A DNA stretch of 62,364 nt, counting the filler, from Choristocarpus tenellus KU-1152 (taxonomy: Eukaryota > Protista > Phaeophyceae): the NCBI GenBank assembly GCA_964200185.2. It is 10 parts of 10 records of this genome, joined end to end, with 100 filler letters (N's around TTAATTAATTAA, not from the genome) between each part and the next. Parts side by side here need not be neighbours in the genome. Positions count along the whole stretch, not along the records: positions 50,275 to 55,339 come from CAXNAD020011990.1; positions 55,440 to 62,364 come from CAXNAD020007047.1; 8 more parts are not named here. One strand, 5' to 3'. Under the pieces are notes generated by a model. That model was given only the letters and a program-made list of their open reading frames with translations, had not been told where the DNA came from and did not search any database. A program made the position numbers and the translations under genes. Of this stretch, positions 51,084 to 62,364 are shown piece by piece; position 1 is the stretch's first letter, and every line of letters starts with the position of its first letter.

Positions 51084-52976
51084 GAGATAGTCCACCTTCC
51101 ATCTTACAAGATCGACCGTGCGGGATGACACAACCCACGTGTCCCGAACCTCAGTGGAATCAAGTCCATGCACAAGTTCTTCGCTGGTCGTCTCACCACT
51201 GGAGACTCTGGTACATTGATATACACCGAACTGTCGTGCTACTGCACGAACTGTTACATCGGCAACCTCACCCAATGCAGGTGACAACTAACCCACGTGC
51301 CCCCACTTAAGGAGATAGACCTCGGATTTTCCACGGAAGCGGGAACGGGTGATATGTATCTGAGAAGTCAGCTGTCGAGGAAGAAGAGACAGCTCGCCGA
51401 TGGGAACATATGCATTGTGCGGACACAGCCATTCAATGTCCACCACAAGGACACGATTCAATGGAACGCCAGACACCACCCCAGCTATAGAGGGATGTTC
51501 AACGCTGGAGATGATATCGTCTTTGTCACTGAAGACTTCCAGGTGCTGAGTGCTAGCTTCGTTGATGAAGTGCCAACTATTCATATGTCACGGACGGACA
51601 AGGTGAGTAACGCTTCTTATTGCTTCTAAGAAAACAATGCCCCACACGATTGAATCCACGCTATCCATATACAGATGTCACATGTCCCCTTATATCCCCT
51701 CTAACCAAAATAGATTCTTCCCATAACATCCAATCCTGACATCCAAACCAGTGTCATTTTGTTCTCCCAATCTGCAACCGCCAATGACACCTTTCACATA
51801 ATATTTTACAACGTACGCAGGGCAAATAAGCGCGTCCCATACGTTCATTTCGCTGCCTAAGTGTATCCTCTATCATACATAAAACTATCCGTTTCTCAAA
51901 AAAATCAACAAACAAGACCCCTATACAACTAAACTAGGCCATCACACGCAAACATATTCTAATAGTCCTACACACCAACACAGCCCCCGCAACGAACATG
52001 TTTATAGGTGATGCAGGACGCACAACCGGGTCCCCGCGTCGTGCCCCTTCAGGCTATCATCATCCCAGACTTCACAGACATCGACCACAACCACCTGGAC
52101 AACAGATTCACGATCTTGCCTGGTCAATACCAGAGGTTCACCTCGGAATCGAACCGGCAATCTCTCGGTGGGATACTTGCTCGCTTCTCTAGGCAACTCA
52201 GACTTGGTGACATGTCCGACGCCAGGTTCGGTCGAGGAACCAGCTTCATCCCACGCGCGAGTGGGGGGGTCATCGTACAGGGGAAGGTCAGCGATGTTCA
52301 CGTAGATGGTTCAGGGGCGTATATTTACTCGGTGTCCTACCTCCCGGACTATGGCGAAAAATCTTTCCCCCCCTCAACTGGGGTCGTACATGACCGAGGA
52401 CGAGATCGAGGAGGGTGTCAACCAACTTCGAGACAAGAACAAGAGGGACAGTGATAAGGCTGCAGCCCTGTGTGTCAGACAACGCAGTCGGTCGATTGTC
52501 AACCGCCAGCGGAAGTGCAGGGACATGGACAAGAGTATATAGAAATATATACTCCTTAAACCGACACTGAGTTAGTTATATGTGCCGGATTTAGATGAGC
52601 GAGTAATGCTCAATGCCAGAGCCAAGGGCAGGGGACTATACTTCAGATGAGACGATCAGCGGATGCGAGGGACCGTGACCAAGTACCAGCCCTACTACAC
52701 GGTGAAAGTTAGAGAAAAGGGAGTCAGCTACCCCTACGAGGTCAAATGGGAGAATGGCGACTTGCGAAATATGCAGCTTCTTGTCCAACACTACAGTATC
52801 GACGCTCCTACACGGGCCTGGTTCTGGACAAGTCCTACACTGCCACCATACTGACGACAGACACGGCTTTGAGGAGCAACATAGGTCAATTTCTGTTAGT
52901 TAGTCACCCTCTACTTCGCCGGTCCGACATATGCCTCGACAGACATGTTATGATGGAGAGATCAGACGTTCTCTAA
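51084..52976 (+). pseudogene. Decayed spliced gene: Sola2-transposase-like C-terminal motif plus Tudor/SH3-like modules (exons 51084-51602 and 52008-52976)
   Basis: One frame reads through two TGA: EIVHLPSYKIDRAG*HNPRVPNLSGIKSMHKFF..ELSCYCTNCYIGNLTQC. Phase-0 AAG|GTGAGT...TAG|GTG intron. Then VQGKVSDV..YSVSY..MTEDEI and MRGTVTKY..YEVKWENGD. Confidence 0.55.
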
Positions 52977-54250
52977 ATCAACAGAATTACACATTTGGTA
53001 TATTGAATTTATTGTCTTCCCGAAGAGTTTTGTGTTTATGTGTCCTCATACACATGTTTTTATTGGCCAGGTGCCAACATAAATTTTGTCTCCATTAGAG
53101 TGTTCTGCCACCATCCTCTAATACTTTTACTGCCATGCCCCAATCCTCTTTCCTCCCCTCTTTGCGCTGATCGGACCACAGAGCAATTGGCAGAAACTTT
53201 ACCACAAAATACGTTGACGCACAAGCATCTCGTACTCCACACCACCATCTTCAGCACACTTCGAGATTTCGTAAGGTGTATGGATATCATAAAACCAAGA
53301 CAACGGCATATCGACCTCAAGGTAATAGCGTATGTGAACGAATTCATTCCATGATGCATGGTATGCTGGCCATGTATTCAAATATGACCCAATCTGACTG
53401 GGCCTCTCATTACTGCTCTTTGTACAGCTAGCGCACAATACAGTCTATACTGCCACTGTTCAGGAAACTCCATTTTTCTCACGTTTGGGAGGCGCCCAAT
53501 TTTATCATTTGATCCTATTTTGGGGGTCCCTGAGGCCACCCCCATAACCGCACAAGAATACAGTACGAGAACAGTCGAGAATTTACACCTATCCTACGAA
53601 TAAGCCTGGCGTAATATTGGTGAAATGGTTTTAAGGAACGAATCTAAGAACGTGAACCATAAACTCCCACTATACGAACCTGGAGATAAAGGGTGGCTTC
53701 ACACAAACCATATACTTCAGCTGATGCACCGAACCCCAAGTTATTGTCCTCTTGGAGGGGACCTTATTAAGTGAAGGCACGTGTAACACTCGTTGTTTAT
53801 CGCGTAAAACGCTTGGAAGACCGATGCGAAGTGACGGTTCATGTGGCCAGACTTAAACCCTTTAAGGAAGGAACAGCCACCGAACTTGACATATATTCTC
53901 TTAATTCACTCTTTTTAGATCGGGTATGACCCAAACCGAATCTTGATCAAGGGTCAAAGACATAGCCAACTATTGGGTCTTACGATGTAGAGGGCATTGT
54001 TGACCATAAGCGAGGTGTAGGAAGAAAGACCATTCGCAATTATTTACACCGGCTTCGCCTTCAAGGATATTCACTGGCTAGTGATGACGGTGCAAACCCG
54101 CTGAAACACCTGAATGTGCAGATATAATCGCAGCCTATAGGGATGAGAACAAGTTGGACCTCCCTAATGTAAGAGCCACTGACCAAGTAACTTGTCATAA
54201 TCGAAAGACACCTGCGACTACAACAGCCGAAGAACTTGTACTACCGCAAT

Positions 54251-54496
54251 CCGGACGTCCACGTAATTGCAACCAAGCCTCCTCTGATACTTGTGATATC
54301 CCTCCTAGTGGACCAGAAAGTGTGATGAATGCCGGATGTCCACGTAATTGCAACCAAGCCTCCTCTGATACTTGTGATATCCCTCCTAGTGGACCAGAAA
54401 GTGCGATGAATGCCGGATGTCCACATAATTGCAACCAAGCCTCCTCTGATACTTGTGATATCCCTCCTAGTGAACCAGAAAGTGCGATGAATGCCT
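54251..54496 (+). repeat. 81-bp tandem triplication inside Gypsy copy 2
   Basis: CCGGA(C/T)GTCCAC.TAATTGCAACCAAGCC at 54251, 54332, 54413; single unit in copy 1 at about 29205. Confidence 0.92.
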
Positions 54497-54770
54497 CTAT
54501 ACTGGTGGGTTGCTGGCCTGGTGAGTTGCCACCAGATTCTATACAGATAGGAAAGATATTTCTTTTTCACTATCAAGATGGCGGAAGCGATGCCAACAAA
54601 TTCTTGAAGACCACATCATGGCTCAGTTGGTGTGATATTTAGAGCTGATCTATAAGACGACTTGAGGCTCGTGGGGTAGAAAGATAGTTCTTTATCTGGA
54701 GACACACCACAGGTTGGTTCTATCTATAAGAAGCATACATATTATTCAAAATATCATTTACGACATATGT

Positions 54771-55170
54771 TGTGAATCGTGTGATTCTGTGGCAGTGGGG
54801 TTCACTCAGGAAAGGGTGGCTAAGAGAATCACCGGGCAAGACGAACCGTAACCGAGGGCATGAGGTTAAGGTTAGACAAGTGAAAATCGAGGAGTTATGA
54901 GCATCTTCAGAGATGGGGCTTCATCACCACAAGTCAAGACTTGAGAACAAAGTGAATCTTTCATGTGTGACAACTCTGAATGACGAGCTGTCCCAAGTCT
55001 GTGGGATTGGGTCTTGTGAAGAGATTCCATGGTTTCATTTTGACGGAAGGTCCGCCAGTGGAACCATGGATGTTTGACAAAGAACCTCAATCGGTACAAC
55101 AGTACAACGTTATGAAGGTATATGGTATAGAGCAATAACGGTATAACAACAGACAAACATGCTTTCCACA
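54771..55170 (-). mobile_element. Solo LTR of about 400 bp nested in Gypsy copy 2
   Basis: TGTG...CACA ends; ATATG at 54765-54769 and 55171-55175 (5-bp TSD, one extra base on the left); absent at the matching site of copy 1 (about 29555). Confidence 0.75.
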
Positions 55171-56586
55171 ATATGATATTTTACTTTGTCTTTTTTAAAC
55201 AAATAATGCGCATACAACAAATATTTGAAGTCCAACTTTTCTGGTTGTCCAAGCACCTTGGGGGCAAGTTGTAGAACAAGAGGTGGTAGTAAGGGATGAT
55301 GAGTTTTCCAACCACCCTTGACACTATCCCCACAACACTNNNNNNNNNNNNNNNNNNNNNNNNNNNNNNNNNNNNNNNNNNNNTTAATTAATTAANNNNN
55401 NNNNNNNNNNNNNNNNNNNNNNNNNNNNNNNNNNNNNNNCGGCACAAGGCATGGCTTCCACTTTCTTCCCCTACCAGCAACATACTGTACTGCTGTATGG
55501 TAGGATGACCCAGGAAGAAAGGCACTTTTGGCGACAATTTTTTTCGCGCGCGCCAAACTCGCGTGAATATCTCTGGGAATTTGTACCAAATCGCCCGAAT
55601 ACGACAATTCCGGTACAAAAGTCTATTTTTTTGAGCATGTCGAAAAAACGGTACCAAATCGAATATTTTTTCGATTTGGTTCATAATAGTTGGTATAAAA
55701 TCGGGGTAGGTACTTCATACAACATATAATATACAATAGTTTCCTATTGGAAATGATTAGCTTCTAACCAATCAATGTCCAAAATAGTATGTAAACAAAG
55801 TCCTTTGAATAACAACGTACTTATGGGTATGCCAAATCCCCAAACAATACTAATATGATGGATAACAATTTTATTTTTGGTAGGACCAGGTCAAATGCAG
55901 GAGATTATCCATTGGTCAGTCGTTGGCAGGTCTGTCCTCCTATTCTGATTTGTTCAAGACACGCACACCCCTCCTATTCCACCTATATATATTTCAGTAT
56001 TTTAATATATGGAGTGTAAGCACGAAGAAAACAACATCGTATCACTGCACGCGAACAGCAAGAGGATTCATGGTCACTTCATTCAATTCCTTCATTTTGA
56101 GCTTTGTATCTGCTACACCTCCACCTCCCTATGACGTGACATGATTTCACCATGGGATTAGTACCTTTCTAAACTTTCACTCTCCTACAACATATTTTGA
56201 GCTTGGGATTCATTTGCAATTTCATTGTCAGTTTTGTTATATAGTGATATGTATACCGATTTAGGTTGGAATATTGGGTTCTCTCCAACAAAACGCCTGT
56301 GCAAGTACAATAGAAATAATGGAACAAAATAATGGAAATTATTAAAGTAGTCTTGGAGTAGAGAAGGGTAGTAGATCTGTAGTCGTTGAAGATGAAGGGC
56401 GTTACTCCATGACTTCACAGAATCATTAGACCTACCCTTGTTTGGAATCCGGTGAGCTTCTTGATTTATCGACCTCATCAATTCCACAGAGCCTTAAACA
56501 CACACATTGGGTCACGACCAGTTATATTCGGGGTGCTGTGTAGAGATGCGTTGAGAAGGAAAAAAGACAGGGGGAGTTGTCGTGAC

Positions 56587-59259
<2,673 letters not shown>

Positions 59260-62200
59260 GTGAATGCCAACTTCTGTCTTTTAGGAGTTTGGGTGATGTG
59301 GAAGGGGGGGCTTATTGTGAGACAAACCCTTGTGACTGTGGTAGGCATGTTTTGATGGTTTGCTGGAGTTGCTCACCATAATTCTTCTTATCAGTCCCAA
59401 ATTTCTACAAGTATCTGCAGAGGTTGCCAAATATTGCGGATAATTGCCTACACAGGGATATATCTCTGGGTCTGCTGTGAAAATGTCAGGACCTTACACT
59501 GGTAACTGTGATAGGTTGAACTGTGTTCTTTCCGGGTATGGATGTTTTGAAACAAGGCTGGTCAGGATCTTGAATGCCCTTGGCATGATTGAGCTGTGTG
59601 CTGACCCAATCAAGATGTGTTTTTACGTGGCCTGGCCAATCAAGATGTGTCTCATCTTGGGGTGGATTGTTTCGCAGGCTGGTCTGATCAGACCAGGAGG
59701 TTTGTGCGTGATTGCTGGATGTTGCAAGTGATTGTTTTTATTTTGGTGAACCTCATGTGTCAGTCGCTGCTATGAATGTACATCATTTTTTTGTTTTTGG
59801 ATGAGGTGTTACATACACTAGACTACTCTGTACATTTAAATTTGATACAGGGAATTCAAAATTCAAATTTAAAGCGACAGAATCAATTGCTATGATTGAT
59901 GGCAGAAGTCGACCCTTTTAATAACAGACCCGGTCCGGCATATAAAACGTTTCTGACAGGGCTGACTCAGGGCTTATTATCAGGGTAGGGCTGTAGGCTG
60001 GGTTGTGGCCTGATCTGGCCTGGTTAACTGCTGGTAGGCTGCAGAAACCTGGAAATTTTATTGTCGGTAATCTTGGAAGTTGAAGGACACAGAGAGGATA
60101 AGATTGATGAACTCAATAATTTTCATGGACAATGCAGAACTCAGGATGTTGCTGGAAATCAGTGCTCTAGAGTAGGGTATCCTCTGTGGTCGCAATTTTG
60201 TGGTACAATACTCACACCTCATAGCATTGAAGTACATTGTTGCTAGATTGTTGAAGATGTGTATATTTGTACACAATATTTTCCCACCTGCAATTGCTGT
60301 TACATGCACCACTGTGCTGTAGAACGTTTCCTTGACAAGAAACTACTACTACTACTACTTAGGCCCACATTAGTATTGAGTGTTTTTGTGTAAAATTGAA
60401 GGGTTTTTTACATGACCATCTTTAAGGAAGCATGTAATTGCTACAGTGGCAATATTAGTTGTAAGACTGAAAACGGGTGTCCTGAATGGTTGATTGGATT
60501 CTGATGACAGAAACGGAATACTGGTTGTAAGTAGAACTCAGATTAGGCCACACACACGAAGGCGTGTTTGAGATCTTTGTCCATGAATTGGAGACTAGGG
60601 AATATCCCCATTCAGAAGTTTAAGGTTGTCTTACAAGGTATCAGATGTACAAGGGAACTGGACGACATTGGAAACCCTGAATTAGCGTTTGTATTATCTG
60701 TTGGTGAGATTAAGGGAAGAAAGATACGATCGATAGGACTACGTGGAACAATCCTGATGGGAATGAAACTGATGACAACGGGAAGTACTAAATGTATACC
60801 ATCAGCTATTTGCATGCATATAGCATGTATGTATGTATGTATATATATATTCACACCTAAAAATGTCATAGGAGTCTGCCGATCCCCCAATATTTGATGG
60901 GCAGGAACCTCTGATTTTTCGTCAAAAACAGTTGCTCTTCCAAAAAACTGGCCAATTTTACTTCCCTATAGAGGTTGGCCAGAATTGGAGATTGGGGACA
61001 TATGAAGGGAAAGATGTTGGTTCAGTGCAAACCTTTTTTCTTTGTGGACTCTTACGACCTGCTATACCCTTTCTCACCTTGATTGTTTGAAGAGTTGTTC
61101 TAGAAGGTTGATGTTGACGAAGAACTCTGAAACTGACTTGTGTCTAAGAGATGTAAGGGTGTGCTGATGATACTCAGATGTTGATGTTGTGAAAAGTAAC
61201 CGCAGGAAGTATGGCGCTTTGCCTTATCATCTGCCATGTGCCTTACAAGGTCGAATTTTGATGGCCCTTTCATGGCTTGTAATAGTGTTTGAATACCCTG
61301 TCGAGAGAAACAGGATATATGGGTAAACCTAGGGCAGGAATGGATGTGATGAAATGGGAGTTTCTCCTAGTCAAGTTCTATTTGATTTCATTCAAGTTGT
61401 CTTGATATGCAGGAGATGGAAAATAAATCTTTCAGTTAGAAAAGCAATATCAACTAACGGTTAACGAAATGAATGGGTTTCTCTTTATAGTGGAATATTT
61501 GATCACATTACAACATGTTAAAGAGTTTTTTTTGTTTTTTTATGAACAGCTGCGATTTGTTCTAAATATCAAGGGGATAGTGCTCTTGATATTCGGCCAG
61601 TAAACTTGGAAAGTTTAAGTTGGTACTTTGGTTCTTGTGTGCAATAGTATACTTGACTCAAGGCAGTGGAAGATGTTGGGGTATGTTGGGAGCGCTAACT
61701 CGAGGTTTGCATTGTTTTGTACGTGAGAGATTCTACTGTTGTGATCATGATATCTAAGAGCCAAAGTGACCAAGAGGTGTCCAGTTTTTGACTGTTTATA
61801 ATTTAGGTCGCTTTGATTGGTCTATTGCAACTCACCATTACTTCTGTAGATGGAGTACTAAGATCAACTCGAGAGGGCTGATTCATCTGATGTTTGAAAT
61901 TTTCGGGAGAATTAAAAAAAATTCCCCTGCACCTATATTTGTACAAAGAGTCGAGTTTTGCACATTTGTCAGCATCCTTAAAATGCAACTCACCCAGAGC
62001 CAAGTCAGAGAAAGTGAACAAGCGCTTGTAAAATCTGGTCAAACTTTCCAAGTTTATTTTTTGTTTGTCCCTATGTCAGTCCAACTTCCCAATTGACCAT
62101 AACTTTGTATTATTTGATAGTATTTTTTCAGAATGAACAAACTCCTCTTTCTCAGGGAAACATTCCATGCACTCGATGCTGTGCCCAATTCATCCTAGGT

Positions 62201-62364
62201 GTTGAGTTAGTTGCAATTTAAGCGTTATCGTTAGACCAGGTTGGATAACTGGTTGTAGACTTTGTCATAGACTGCATTGGATTGATAATGCGGTGATCAG
62301 ATTCACCCCGTTTGGTACACCCTCATGCTGCAAGGGAGTCAAATCAAGTCAGCTGTGTTGTGTC

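Larger units (their letters stand above)
53265..55339 (+). mobile_element. Second, 5'-truncated copy of the chromodomain Gypsy element (integrase C-term, chromodomain, PPT, LTR start at about 55284)
   Basis: Colinear with 28220-29720, for example GGATATCATAAAACCAAGACAACGGCATATCGACC and GACCATAAGCGAGGTGTAGGAAGAAA. Confidence 0.92.

Noticed and set aside
51126-52650. TGA stops as evidence of CpG methylation or stop-codon recoding
   Set aside because: Ancestral codons are unknown, frameshifts co-occur, and host genes use TGA as a normal stop.
11106-55439. Regularly recurring TTAATTAATTAA palindrome
   Set aside because: Always inside N-runs of fixed length: an assembly linker, not biology. Gene neighbourhoods across it were not interpreted.
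59260-62364. Remaining kinase exons or a hAT-like tail near 60450-60800
   Set aside because: No exon with kinase subdomain X-XI motifs or convincing transposase motif was found by eye.

Overview
Eukaryotic, intron-rich, repeat-rich DNA. Gene and intron style suggests a stramenopile or brown-alga-like genome (inference only). The window is ten short contigs joined by artificial 100-bp N44-TTAATTAATTAA-N44 spacers, so adjacency across spacers means nothing. Host genes rebuilt by hand from GT-AG exons, all partial: 3' end of a TTC12-like ARM protein, a 2OG-Fe(II)/IPNS-like oxygenase, a head-to-head TPR co-chaperone and ankyrin-repeat pair, two CaMK-group kinases with N-terminal lipidation motifs, and TTL-family ligase exons. 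One complete tRNA-Gly(CCC) is present. Mobile DNA: two decayed chromodomain-bearing Ty3/Gypsy copies, a Ty1/Copia RNase H remnant, a solo LTR, a DD40D plant-mariner-like transposase pseudogene, a pogo/CENP-B HTH remnant, clustered 3' ends of an RLE-type non-LTR retrotransposon, and an abundant MITE family with GAG..CTC termini and random 4-bp TSDs (Sola2-like). The best candidate for something undescribed is a spliced, decayed gene at 51084-52976. It has a Sola2-transposase-like C-terminal H/SCxCxxC motif followed by two or three Tudor/SH3-like modules, and may be the chromatin-reader-fused autonomous partner of those MITEs. Also notable are a 36/180/360-bp higher-order satellite next to the chromovirus and a 75-bp tandem array that reads as LRR units.
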